A stretch of DNA of 64,000 nt from Octopus sinensis (taxonomy: Eukaryota), in assembly GCF_006345805.1 (NCBI RefSeq), contig NC_042998.1, forward strand, positions 204,600,001 through 204,664,000, read 5' to 3'. How positions within the stretch are numbered: the first letter of the stretch is position 1; each line of letters begins with the position of its first letter. A model generated the notes under the pieces. That model was not told the DNA's origin. It ran no database searches and worked only from the letters and a program-made list of their open reading frames with translations. Made by a program: the position numbers and the translations under genes. This document shows, piece after piece, positions 12,483 to 25,607 of the stretch.

Positions 12483-13170
12483 TGGCTAGCTAGATAGATA
12501 CATACATATCGACAGACAGAGAGATATATGTCCACGCACGGTCATAAATACCAAAACATATGTATATCTAATTAGTTTACTTATAGTTTTACTGAAAATA
12601 TCAATAAAGGAAGGTATTTGGCCCCAAGGAATTACTGGTAAAGATTTCGTCTATAGTTTCTGTACCTATGTGTATATTAGTGTGTGTGTGCATATGCATG
12701 TGTGTGTGTGTGTCTGTTTGTATATGCATACGTATGACTGTGTGTCTGTTCATGTCTTTGTAGGTGTTTGCTTGTATGTGTGCACCTGTGTATATATATG
12801 TATGTATATGCCTGTTTCTATGTGTGAGTCAATGTGCATGTATGTCTGTATGTGTGTGTGTGTATGCTTGTGTGGATAAACGTGTCTGCATGAGTGTGTT
12901 TGTGTTTGTATTCATGTGTGTCTAATCTCTGTGTGCGTCCATCTGTTCTGTTTCATAATATTCGCCCCCACCCTCCCCTCATCCTATACACAGTTTTTGC
13001 ACCCAGCAAAGACTGAATCTAACAAGTGCAATCATCATAAAAATCGATATGAAGTATTGATCATTTGGAAGTTTTTCTAACAAACAAATTACTGGCAGAC
13101 GACACCTCACACCGTCAAATGAAACCAGCAAGGAACATCTTCTAGCGTCTTAATATTACGTCTCTTAATA

Positions 13171-13570
13171 AGGCGGCGAGTTGGCAGAAACGTTAGCAGG
13201 CCGGGCGAAATGCTTTGTGGTATTTCGTCCGTCGCTGAGTTCTGAGATCAAATTCCGCCGAGGTCGACTTTGCCTTTCATCCTTTCGGGGTCGATAAATG
13301 AAGTACCAGTTACGCACTGGGGTCGATGTAATCGACTTAATCCCTTTGTCTGTCCTTGTTTGTCCCCTCTATGTTTAGCCCCTTGTGGGAAATAAAGAAA
13401 TAAGAATCGTTAGTTCGCCGGACAGAATGCTTGGCGGCATTTCGTCCGTGTTCACGTTTTCAGTTCAAATTCCATCGCGGTCGACTTTCTCTTTAATCCT
13501 TTTGAGGTTGATAAAATAAGTACCAGTTGAGCACTGGGGGGAGGGGGTCAATGTAATCGACTTTCCCCCG
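13171..13570 (+). mobile_element. Family A SINE, full copy (13171-13402) followed by a second truncated copy
   Basis: Head aggcggcgagttggcagaaacgttagc, B-box-like ttctgagatcaaattcc, tail gtgggaaataaagaaata. Confidence 0.85.
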
Positions 13571-13653
13571 CCCCACATCAGTTTGCTGCCCTTGAGCCAA
13601 AATTCGAAACGAATCTTACAGCTCTTAACACGACTCCTCTGACATTTGTATGC

Positions 13654-13737
<84 letters not shown>

Positions 13738-13806
13738 GTGACCGCGTGCGTATCGTTGGCATTTTCTTTCTCCGTCTTCCCTTCCTTGGACCTTTCCTTT
13801 TTTTAT

Positions 13807-13840
13807 GTTTCTGACGAAGAGCTCCGCTCGAAACGTTAAA
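13807..13840 (+). ncRNA. Minimal type I hammerhead ribozyme motif in a Penelope-type terminal repeat
   Basis: CTGACGA (13811-17), extra A, stem II gagc/gctc, GAAA (13830-33), palindromic helix III ACGT, predicted cleavage triplet GUU (13835-37), short stem I ttt/aaa. Confidence 0.6.
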
Positions 13841-14419
13841 TCCTCCTTTCTTTCCTTTCCTGAGCGTCCAATAACACTATATTCTCTTTGTGTTTTCATG
13901 TTTGGATTAACTTCATCTATACATATACATATATATAGCCATGCCCATCTCTCTCTCTCTCTCTCTCTTTATATATATGTATGTATATATATATATATAT
14001 ATAATTTGAACAAAACTGACTCCAAACACGGGGACCGACTTCGTGCAAGCGTGAAGGCACGCTGGCAAAACGCTGCTCCTCTAAATGGAAACCTCACCTC
14101 TCATTGTGGTTTTGTGGAATGAAGCAAAGCAGGCCCAGCCGTCCACACAAGGAAACAGTAAATAATCCACAATCTCTCAACTCAATCAAACTGAGTCCTC
14201 AACTTGTTCCATTTACCAAAAGCTTTACAAAGAGCCAGCAGGCGTCAAGAGACACATTTGTGTCCATAGAACATGATCAACTCTTTATTTTACTGAGAAT
14301 CCATCATCGTCGTTGTTATATAGATATTATGCAAAAAAATATATAAGACAAACACGAGGTAAACAAAAACCAGGTTGTATTAGTTTTACACCCATAATAT
14401 AGGGGACAAAAGAAGGGAA

Positions 14420-14899
14420 CGTCTTTTACGTTGTGAGTATTTGCTATTCTTCGGAAGAAAAGAATAAACAAGGCGAGAAAATTAAAGGGGAGAGTAAAGA
14501 TAGATAGGAATACACGAATACAGAACGATCAATGTATACTGAATTAGCCAGAAGTGATGAAGAGGCGGCTTTTAGCATGAGTGGCAAGGGGAACAACTGT
14601 GAGCCTGCACGTGTGGGGAGAGTTCGTGTGTGCAAGCGTGTGTACGTATGAAGTTATTGTATGCATGTATAGTGTGTGCGTTTGTTCGTGTATAGTATGT
14701 GCATGTGCGTGCGTGTGCGCGCTTGTTTTCTGTTTATATGTGTGCACGAGACTGTTTGTGCGTTATACCGGACAGACATGTTTGGCGAAATAGGGGCGAC
14801 ATAAGTTGTGGATGTTAGGGAGTGCAATTGTGTTGTTATTATGTACACGTTGCTATATGTGTGTATATGAGACTGTAGCTGAAGTGTAGATGCTGCTGT

Positions 14900-14931
<32 letters not shown>

Positions 14932-15781
14932 ATACTGTTGAAACGCGTTGGTGTGTATGGTGTTGGGTGTTTTGTTAGACGGTCTAAGTGAATGGGGGTA
15001 GTTAAAAAGACTATGCGGACGTAAAAGTGCGTGTGTGTGAAATGGAAAAATGGGATTAAATGAAAATGGTTGGGAGTTTAGACCATCGAGGACCAAAGTG
15101 GGTGTCCGGGTGGGGGTCCTCTGTGTAAGGTCAGTCTGAGCACAGGCAAATGTTGAAGAGATTGACCAACCAAACGGAAGTGATGCGAAACCGGAATGTC
15201 ATTACCGAGTCCGAGGTCCCGTAAGTGTTCGGTAAAACGATCATCCAGGCGTCGACCAGTTTGTCCTATATAAAGAGAGGCAAAATGTGCTGAGGATGCA
15301 GAAAATGAGATAACTGGAGGTGCAAGTGAAGGAGTCCGTGATATGGAAGGAGCAGTGGTGAGTATCAATGAAGGCGGTGATGTTAGAGAGGAAGGGACAA
15401 GTGCAGCGAGGTGGGCGAGAGCAAGGGAAGAAACTAGGTTGATTGTCAGGAGTGGGGAAAGAGCGACGAATAAGTGGGTCGCGTAGATTACGGATGCATT
15501 TGAAGGAAATGAGAGGTGAGTTGGGGAAGATGTGGGGGGGGGGTAGCAGGGTCACAGAAAGCACGTAAACTAGTGCGTGGAGGGGTGTAATGGAAGAGTG
15601 GTAGGTAAGGGGGAAAGGAAGACGAGTGAGTGGGTGACGGTCACGGGGAGAGTGGGTTGATGTATGGTGAATAGAGAAGGAGGGCAGCATGAATTACAGT
15701 GGAGGGGCTACCCACAGTGGTGGAAGTAGTGGGCCATGAGTTGGGGCTGTGCCTCGAAGTCGTGGTCATCATTAAAGAACC

Positions 15782-15843
<62 letters not shown>

Positions 15844-16130
15844 CTGAAACTAGGAGATGGATGAGGTGAGGTGGGAGGAAGTGAAGTTAAGAGTTGGAGT
15901 CCGTATGCTTCTAGTAGATAGAAGTGGTAAAGCAGGGTTGGTTAACGGAAACGGAAGCATCAAGGAAGTTAACGGAGGTGTCGGAGACAGAGCGGGGGAA
16001 TACAAGGCTGGGGGTAGAAGGACTAGCTGAAAGAGAACGAGGAGCTTAGTTGTAGGTGCGAGAGTGAGGTGGCGCCGATGTGAGGTGAAATCACATCGAG
16101 AGTGATGTGAAATCGTCATCAACAGGTACT
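14420..16130 (-). mobile_element. Decayed Penelope-like element (RT + GIY-YIG endonuclease) with degenerate terminal repeat
   Basis: Minus strand: FLDASVSVNQPCFTTSIY*KHTDSNS (PLE RT end), FTCTSSYLIFCI and SLYIGQTGRRLDDRFTEHLRD...PVSHHF (GIY-YIG). A downstream degenerate hammerhead-like string ttccgaagaatagcaaatactcacaacgtaaaag lies at 14425-14460. Multiple stops and frameshifts. Confidence 0.8.
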
Positions 16131-16647
16131 TTCTAGCATGTTGAATCCCAAGAGTGGATTCCTTATGTCCTTAAATGTACACAGTATTTTATGACTAATG
16201 CATAGTCTTTGCACTAAATCTTTACACGCAAGGCCACTGGAAGTGAACATTTCTATTAATTTCCTTTTCCCTTTGAAATGATTAAATATTGTAAGTTTTT
16301 GGATAATTTTTGAATTTTAAAAGTTGGCATTTTTTTATTGCTGACGAGGGGCTGCGTCTGCGCAGTAGAATTTGAACAAATTAGGATGTATAACCAAGAC
16401 GCATATAATTGATTGCCACGTGTTTTATATATTTAATCTAAGGTGTACATGCTGACGATGATTTCACCTAGCGAATATTATTTTATTTGCTAAACTAAAA
16501 TCAGAAACCAATTGGTCCAGGAAACTTGATGGTAAAATATTTCATTTTTTCATTTCGTTCCTGTCGGGATTTTATCCCTAATTTTGTGATTATGGAACCT
16601 AGCTGTTCTTTCTAGCGTGATGAATCCCACGAGTGGATTCCTTATGT

Positions 16648-16711
<64 letters not shown>

Positions 16712-16831
16712 TGTGTGTGTGTGTGTTTACACGATGGTCTTCTTTTAATTTCCGCCGGCCAAATCCACTCACAAGCCTTTGGTCGGCAGTGGCTATAGTA
16801 GAAGACACTTGCCCAAGGTGCCACGCTTGCG

Positions 16832-16884
<53 letters not shown>

Positions 16885-17019
16885 TATATATATATTATAT
16901 ATACTGGCCTGCTCGCTTAGCCAGCGGGGTGACGTCATTTGAAGGCTAAAACAATGCGAAGCGCATTGTAACCAGTGATGTGTACCAACATCTGATAGCC
17001 TGGTTGGTCACGGTGATAT

Positions 17020-17085
<66 letters not shown>

Positions 17086-18356
17086 CAGCCCGGTCATTAT
17101 AATGAGTTTAGAGAGATTTAGCTGCTATTTCTTGCATATCAGTTGCTTTTCCTTCCCCCTTACCTGCTACCCCCTCCACTCACTATTTTATGTGCTTTCT
17201 GCACATTCCAGTCTGACCCTGCCACCCACCCCCGCCACTGCTACCCAAACACATCGTTTCCTTCAAATGAGTCCGTAATCTACACGTCTTACTTTTTGTG
17301 TGTGTGTGTGTATGTGTAAGAGTGCACACACACACATACACACACACACTCATACACACGTACACACACGCACGCAAACTCGCCAAACACGCCCACAATT
17401 GCACTCTTACACAATCTCTCTCTCTCTCTTTCTCTCTCGCACACACACACACACACACATACTCATTCATACACACTCACAAACTCACACACAACAGAGG
17501 CGTAGAGGTGTCTTCTTTGGCTCAGTACGTACGGCCTGCTATGAGGACCCAATTGTTTACAGATGATTGTCTTCGCTACAGACACAACCAAGAAGTAAAC
17601 CTTATTCCCGCTCAGCTTCTTCTCCAGTATTTTAATTGTTGTTGTTTCATTTAAACCCCAGATCAACTCTCATCAACAGGCGTTCCAACCACGACCGTCT
17701 CACTTTTTATGGTCAAATGGTTAAGAAGTTCGCTTCGCCATCTCGAGGTCCTGTGTTCGATTGCAGTGAAGGACATCGTGGGCAAGTTTCTTTTCTTTAC
17801 GACTTTGCGTCGACCCAAGCCAATTGCATGTGTGTGTGCGTGCGGGTGTGTGTGTGTGCGTGCAGGTGTGTGTGTGTGCGTGCGGGTGTGTGTGTGCGTG
17901 TGTGGCTGTTTATGTGTGGAGGTATGTCAATATGTGTATGCGTGTTGCTTCCCATTTCTTCTCTTTCGTAATATCCCCCACCCCAGCAATTGTGCACCTA
18001 AGGAACTCTGGAATCTGGATATAAAGTAATGTCGTTTGCAGGTTTCTGAGTAAAAGGATCATACCTGTAATTAAAAGGATCATACCTGTAATTAAATGGT
18101 GCAGGCTGTCAGTGGCTTAAACGTACTCGTGCTTGGAATACGCAGAAACATGCACGTTAATTCAATGAGCATGATCAAACAACCGAATAGTCATCGTCGC
18201 AAATGACGGAGGTCCATTATGTTAACACACAAATCTCCTCTTGTCGTCTCTCACAAAATAATTTAAAATATTCTTAGAATATCATAAAAAAAATATTTTT
18301 ACGATCAAAACGATGCTCAGTGGAGAAAATAGATAAAGTTGAAACATCAGAAGTAG

Positions 18357-18413
<57 letters not shown>

Positions 18414-18525
18414 TGTGTGTGTGTGTGTAGGTACTCTTGCCATGGATTCACACACATACTCACACGCGCCTACACACCAGACACATACACACACATATGA
18501 AATTGCACTCTCACACAATCCCTCC

Positions 18526-18556
<31 letters not shown>

Positions 18557-19019
18557 GCTGAATCACAAGATGAGACACAAAGTGATGCTAAAGGAAATGT
18601 GTTTGGTTTTTGAAGCTGCGACTATTATTGACGGTAACCATGGAGTCGTCTAGATCTCAGATAGAGAACAAACATTTCTTTGATTGGTCGATGGCGAGTG
18701 ACGTCATTGATGGGGATTGAACAAATTTTGAGAAAAACAATCTTTTATCTATTTGAAAGCTTTGGTTGAAGGTGATGAGTGCCGCATTTGGACAGACACA
18801 CAAAATGGCGTGAAACGTTGATTTAATGTGCTTTTTTGACGGTGTTTGTTCTGTACAATTTGTGTTTATTTGTATAAATACATGCGTTTTTTTCTTGTAT
18901 GGCATATGTTTGTATTCTATGGCGTATGTGCTTGCATTGTACATTATATGAGCTTATTGTAGAATGTATGAGTCTGTATTCTACAATATACGGTGCTGGA
19001 AATAATAATTTGGTTCCAC

Positions 19020-19050
<31 letters not shown>

Positions 19051-19225
19051 GTGTGTGTGTCCTCTTCTGTTTTTAATAATTTAAATTCTTTCCCTGAGGA
19101 AGGAGCTGGTTTCTAACAGCGACACAAACTCCATCGTTGGAATGGAGATAAAAGCAATCTCACATGCTGATTGTATTTGGAGTGTGCAAGTTCGTTCTAT
19201 GATTCTTTTTGTGTATGTTTGTATG

Positions 19226-19257
<32 letters not shown>

Positions 19258-19409
19258 ATAAACATTGAAGATTGAAGTTCGCGATATTTTTACTTCATAG
19301 TTTACAATTGTTTCAGCAATACATTGTTGGCTTATAGCGTGACTTGTCTATAAACATGTCCATTAATTAATGATCTTATATATATGTTGTGCAAATTTTT
19401 CTGCACAAA

Positions 19410-19640
19410 ACCCTTAGCATTCGGATCACGATCGTAAGGTTGTGAGTTCAATTCCCAGCGGCGAGTTGTGTCCTTGAGCAAGACACTTTATTTCACTTTA
19501 TTGCTCCACTCCACTCAGCTGGCAAAAATGAGTTGTACCTGTAATGCAAAGGGGGCCAACATTGTCACATTCTGTGTCACGCTGAATCTCCCTGAGATAC
19601 ACGTGTCTGCGGAGTGCTCAGCCACTTATATATTAATTCG
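19410..19640 (+). mobile_element. tRNA-headed SINE, family C, diverged
   Basis: gagttcaattccc...ccttgagcaagacactt core shared with the copies at 40155 and 41968. Confidence 0.6.
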
Positions 19641-19779
19641 TCGCTACCGACGAAGTGCCAGAATGTCCTGACTTCCGAAGTAATAAACTGAATCGACCGA
19701 AACCGACAGTTTTAATATTTGAATAATTGAATCTCTGTGGAATAAGGCTACGTCATTGAAGTCCCTTTTATTGAAGGGC

Positions 19780-20799
19780 CTAACCGTGATAAGGGTTAGG
19801 ACGTCGGCGGCGGCGGTGGCGGCGGCATCGATGAGGATAATGGTGTTAATGATGGTGGTGGTGGTGGTGGTGGGGCGGGAGGGAGGGAGGGTAGTGTTGG
19901 TGTCAATCACTGTTATGATGCTGACACTTATAATGATGATGCAACTGATAACGGAATCATCATCATCAACATCAGCAGCAACAACAACACAGCGACATAT
20001 TTTAATTACATTTTCAGGTGAGAAAAAAAAAAGAAACGGAACCAAAAAAAATGGCAGCAACACCCCCCTCTCCCTCTTTCCCCCTTCCCTCTCCCTCTCC
20101 CCCTCTCCCCTCTCCTCTTTCCCCTCTCCCTCTCCCCCTCCCCCTCTTTCCCCTCTCCCTCTTTTCCCCTCTCCCTCTTTCCTCCTCTCCCTCTTTCCCC
20201 CCGTCTCCCCCCTCTCCCTCCCTTTTCGTTTTGTTATGGCGGCCATGCAACTCTCTGGCATCGATATTGCAGTGTCTTTCATGGTTCCTTATGGCTGCGT
20301 AGAAGATGGAACGCTTCCTCTGCGCCTGTAACAACAACACCAACAATAATAACAACAACAAAAAACAGCAGCAGCGACAACAAACAACAACAACCGTCAT
20401 GGTGTTGTTGCTATTATTTAACCCTAGGTCAACCTTCCTGGGTAAAACTACATTCAACCCCCACACTGTCCATGACTCTTGCATTGTCTAAATTTGCATG
20501 CCTATCCTTCTCTCCCCGTCTCTCTCCCCCTCTCTTCTCCCCCTTTCTCTCCCCCTCTCTTCCTCCTCTCTCTCTTTCTTTCCCCATCTTTCTCTCCGTC
20601 TCTCTCGGTTTCTCTCTCTGTTTCTCTCTCTGTCTGCCCGTTTGTCTCTCACTCTCTCTCTCGCCATCACTCTCTCCGTCTCTCTCTCTCTCTGTCTCTG
20701 TCTGTCTCTCTCTCTCTGCATCTCTCTCTCTCTCTCTGCCTCTCTCTCTGCCTCTCTCTCTGCCTCTCTCTCTCTGCCTCTCTCTCTCTCTCCCTCTCC

Positions 20800-20887
<88 letters not shown>

Positions 20888-21262
20888 CTGCAGGACGTAT
20901 AAGCTGCTCTAAGCTCCCTTCCCTGACGAAGTCTAACAATAACGAAATATAAAGAACCATACGCTACATCCATTGTTGAATATGAAGAGGGATAGAGAGA
21001 GAGAGAGAGAGTGAGTGAGTGAGTGAGTGAGAGACAAACAGACAGAGACAAAGATAGATAGATAGATAAATAGATAGATAGAGAGAGTGAGAGAGAGAGA
21101 GAGTAGTATGTTGTTGACATGGCGAGAGGTAACTAAGGTTAGGGCCGTTACACAGAATACCTTGAACAGGGCTCAATCGTTAGAGTATCGAAAACAAACA
21201 TTGGTGGTGGTGGTGGTGGTGGTGGTGGAGGCAGCAGCAGCGGCAGCAGCAGCAACAGCAGC

Positions 21263-21332
<70 letters not shown>

Positions 21333-21345
21333 CAGAAGCAGCAGC
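19780..21345. repeat. Low-complexity block: (GGT)n, C/T-rich, (CAA)n, (CT)n, (GA)n, (GTA)n
   Basis: Directly visible; source of the ERER/SLSL ORFs. Confidence 0.9.
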
Positions 21346-21347
21346 AG

Positions 21348-21650
21348 AATAAGGGTTGTTTAGGATGTTGAACGAAACACCCATGTTTTCAAAGGTGGAT
21401 TATCCAAACCCAAAGAATCCCTCTCAACACATGGCTATGATGCTCCCCCACTACTTCTGCTCGTGATCAGAGATGCACATATCGTCAGCCACTAAGGGAG
21501 ATGCTCAACTGATTAAGGTCAAACAACTGACAAGCAAATCTGTGGTATTGAGCAGAATATTTGCTGTAGTCCATCTTTTATACCAAGGCAAAACAATGTA
21601 CATGATAACACTTCCAATCAGTTAAGATCAGAAGCCATGAGAGCCAGACT
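21348..21650. repeat. Unclassified interspersed repeat, homologous to 62250-62722
   Basis: Shares gatgttgaacgaaacacccatg...gctatgatgctcccccactacttctgctcgtgatcagagatgcacatatcgtcagccactaaggg with 62500-62700. Confidence 0.8.
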
Positions 21651-21887
21651 TTAGTATGATTCATTTAATGCCAAGAAAATTCGCTTTGAATTATTTGCCA
21701 ATGAAAAAGTTCTACAATTTTGGGGACATTTACCTCTTTTATTTAAAGCAAATATAACAGCCCCGTCTTTGGGAAATTTCTTCAAGATTAAAAAAAATAT
21801 CTTGTTCATTTACTAATTGTTAAAATTGGTGTCTTCTTGGTGAGTTATAATGCTGATGACGGTGGTCAAGTGTGTGTGTGTGTGTGT

Positions 21888-21931
<44 letters not shown>

Positions 21932-22347
21932 TGTGTGTAGGTGGGTAGGTAGATGGTATATGCATAGTTTTTAGATTACAAATTAAAAGCAGCTCTAGCA
22001 ATGTAAAGAATAACGGTCGTACATACAAAGTGTAGGTGTGTTGTTTACACGTCAAATTTGCTGCGGGATAGCATCTAGCGCAGTTTCCTACACGACACCG
22101 AGTGTTAAAGAACACCGATTGTCTTAGGCCAGACGAGACAATTCGCTCCAAGGTGATCAAGAATGGTAGATATCGATATTTCGCCAATATTGTAGCTTAA
22201 TAGCACATACTCGGATTACAACGAAACGAAATAAATCGTTAGTCTGGGACTTATATGCAAATAGAGTAAAGTGTATTTTCTGATGTGTTGCGGCGTAGCA
22301 CATGCAAAAGAAAAGCGATTCACTTCGTTTGGCCGTCATCTGAATGC

Positions 22348-22531
22348 ATGGTGTTGTCGATAAACCACAATAATGGCGAAATATCTACCCTCCTCGGTCA
22401 TTCACGGCGAATCTGTGACATTCAGGTATTCTTTAACACTCGGCATCTTATAAGAAGCTATCTTCGGGTGCTGTCCCTCAGCAAATGAACGAATAAACAA
22501 AGCACAAAATGTATACACACACACACACTGA

Positions 22532-22576
<45 letters not shown>

Positions 22577-25274
22577 ATGCGGGCACCTGTTTATGCGTGT
22601 ATGATCATGAACATAATTCACACATGGAAATCTGAGTAGTCACAGGGAGTAACCTCAGCTCTATAATAAATACTGTACTGAATCCTTCTTCCTTCACCCC
22701 GCCCCACATTACTTCACAGTCTTTAGCATTAACATGTGCAGGTTACATAAGATTCTTATTTGAACTCTTTCCACATTCATAACGTCTTCAAACATCAGTC
22801 AGAAGGAATTCTTTTGTTTATTTTGGCAGCAGATATTCCATCAATTAACTTCATCACTCAGACCAAATATTTCCCAAATCGATAAAAGCCGCCATTGTCT
22901 CTGCGTGCTTCAAGCGGAAGTATTTCTCGCATCTTCTCGTTTTGTCTTTCATTTCTTTCTCCCTGTTATTATTATTTTTGCTATTCTTGTTTATATTTCT
23001 TTTTTTTTCTGTAGTCGTATCCCCGCCTCCCATACCATCGTCAATCTGTTGGTTTACTGAGATATCTAACGTTACGTAACATAGATGTTTGGCGCAGTCA
23101 AAAGTCAAAAAGAAGAGCGAGAATTTCTTTTCTTTTCTTCTTTTTCTTACAGCAAATTTTGTCGTAGAATTTGGTATTTTTTTGCGATCGACAAATATTG
23201 ATTGGATATTTTTAAAGAGACCAAAGCTCTACTCGGCGAACCAAATGACAAAAAATTATTTCTTTGTTGTGCAACAGATTCTGTTGTAGATTTTTGTTTA
23301 AATATTACTTTTTCTTTGAGCGATCTTCCCATCATTCCGGAATACATTTCATTGTTCATTTTTGACATTAGACCACACCAAACATCTCTGTTACATCAGA
23401 TATTTCAGTGAATAATTAAATTGGTGGTCAACTAGAGACACCTCGTGTCTATATGAATTTATCTTCCGTGACAGTTAATGCTGCGAAGGTCTTCCCACCT
23501 ACGAATCTACACGATCGTCTTAAATATCAATGTACACAGCTTTATTTTAACTGTCGCTTCTCACTGTGCATTTAATTAAATAATTTCAGCCTGAAAAAGC
23601 TTTGCACACGGCAACAAATGTATTACTTGCTGTTTACAGGTAAGGGCAACAGTATTTTGTGGACAATGAACCATGGATTCGATGTCTGCAGTTGATGAAG
23701 CGTAACGGCGTGAAACATGTGTCATACTGTCCTATGACATCATTCATAGCCCGTCTCGGTGTCTACACACTCATTGTCTATAAGGAGAATTTCTTATCCA
23801 TGATAGTTACCGCAGTAAAGTTATTTCCACGTCTGAATGTACACTAGCGTATTAATATGAATGTACGTAGTTTGTTTTAAAATAATTGAGTCTATTAAAT
23901 CGACAATATCTTTGAATGGAATATTTGTTGTCTTCTGCCTCTGCTGGAACTTAATAATTGGAAGCATTTTGTTCCGTTCAACCATTTTCGGGATTCAAGT
24001 CTGATCCAGTATCAATAATATGAATACCTATTTATTTACTACCCACAAGGGGCTAAACACAGAAGGGACAAGCAAGGACAGACAAACGGATTAAGTCGAT
24101 TATATCGACCCCAGTGCGTAACTGGTACTTATTTAATCGACCCCGAAAGGATGAAAGGCAAAGTCGACCTCGGTGGAATTTGAACTCAGAACGTAGCGGC
24201 AGACGAAATACCTATCTCTTTACTAACCACAAGGGGCTAAACACAGAGGGGACAAGCAAGGACAGACAAAAGGATTAAGTCGATTATATCGACCCCAGTG
24301 CGTAACTGGTACTTAATTTATCGACACCGAAAGGATGAAAGGCAAAGTCGACCTCTGTGGAATTTGAACTCAGAACGTAGCGGCAGATGAAATACTGCTA
24401 AGTATTTCACCCGGTGTGCTAACGTTTCTGCCAGTAATATAGAGCGGGTTCACTTGTACTTTTCCTTGTGTGTCCTCCTCCTCCTCGACAATATGCTGTT
24501 AAGGGAGAATATTTCGCCATGATAGCGTCTGCAAGACACTGATGGATGGATGAGTGGTTACGAGTCCCAAAACATCGAGTTGAGCCGTCAAAATTTCATC
24601 TCTTCTGAGGCGGAAGTCTTGAAGAATGTTTCCAACTTTATAACGTGTTTCTACTGAATAAACCAAGGTGTGTTGTGAAGGGAAAATGTTATTTATAGGG
24701 TAGCAGTAATCTTCAAGGATGATTTGATTAACTCTGAATTACGTAACTTCTTTTAATCCGGCAAAATTAATAATCCGGTACAGATCTTGAATACGTCCAA
24801 GATCAGTTTCGATTCGCTGTGGTCCTCCCTAACATTCCAGATTGCTCTTTTGACAAAATCACATCATAATGTAAAGACAAAACAAAATTGGAATCTTCAG
24901 GATTAGGGATAATCACCATTGTATATTCCATGAAACACTGATTTCAAATGTATCATATTTGCACCAAACATTCAATCCTTGTATAAAATCTGTTGCCATG
25001 GATACATTTAGAATTTATATATGACGTAAATGATTTGATATAAAACAATGTTATCGTTTGTTTTACAGAGAAAGCATAGCATCGTCCTTGACCCTTTTTT
25101 ATTTTTAGGGCTTCCCAAGATGACGGAAGGAAGAAAAAAGGTTATCTTCAAACTGTAAAGCTAACCCGAATTCTTACAACAGAGCAGACACCACAAAAGA
25201 TACCCAATGATCCGGTTCAACAGATCTGGTGTTCAACAGAGCGAGTCTGTTCTGGTTTCCAAGAAAGTTCATGA
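22348..25274 (+). CDS. Speculative three-exon coding chain (22348-22425, 23590-23639, 25109-25274); product unknown
   Basis: Phase-compatible GT/AG boundaries: cag|gtattc at 22426; ttcag|cct and ag|gtaagg at 23590/23640; tttttag|g at 25109. Joined peptide MVLSINHNNGEISTLLGHSRRICDIQPEKALHTATNVLLAVYRASQDDGRKKKGYLQTVKL...QESS*. No recognised homology. Confidence 0.2.
24031..24435 (-). mobile_element. Two tandem family A SINE copies
   Basis: cacaaggggctaaacacag...gaatttgaactcagaacgtagcggcaga repeated at 24045 and 24227. Confidence 0.85.
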
Positions 25275-25607
25275 TGGCACTTGGATTAATCAGTGAGAAC
25301 AGCAGCAGAGAATTCTTCAAATTTGAATCAGTCAACCGCGACACTTGTTTCCGGGATGTAGATATTTCTTCCTATTTGAAGAAATGACGGACGGGATTCG
25401 GGACAAATTTTCGTGATTCTGAAAAATATTGATCGTGTATTGAACACCAAGAACTAATCACGCTAACCATGTTGGAAACTGAAGGAAGCTCATCGCATTT
25501 TCAATAAGGAATTTTGAAAATAATAAATTCTTGTCGCACGTTACTGGGTATTTCGCGTTTTTTGGTTCACCAAGTAAAAACAGTTCCATTAATGCAAATA
25601 TTTAGAA

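Noticed and set aside
11846-12535. Long ORFs of MYVC/HTYI repeats (also at 35087-35510, 38399-38969, 40476-40914, 46809-47541, 59082-60035)
   Set aside because: Translations of (TATG)n, (CA)n and (TA)n microsatellites, which lack stops in several frames; no coding evidence.
17520-17600. LFTDDCLRYR as an RT active-site fragment
   Set aside because: Resembles CR1-type LFADDCLLYR but is too short and isolated to support a feature.
20923-20955. Hammerhead-like CTGACGAA-gtc...aac-GAAATAT
   Set aside because: Only two stem II pairs and no stem I; at best a decayed Penelope-type remnant.
19644-21384. ORFs rich in ER, SL or poly-V/L/T
   Set aside because: Products of (GA)n, (CT)n and trinucleotide repeats.
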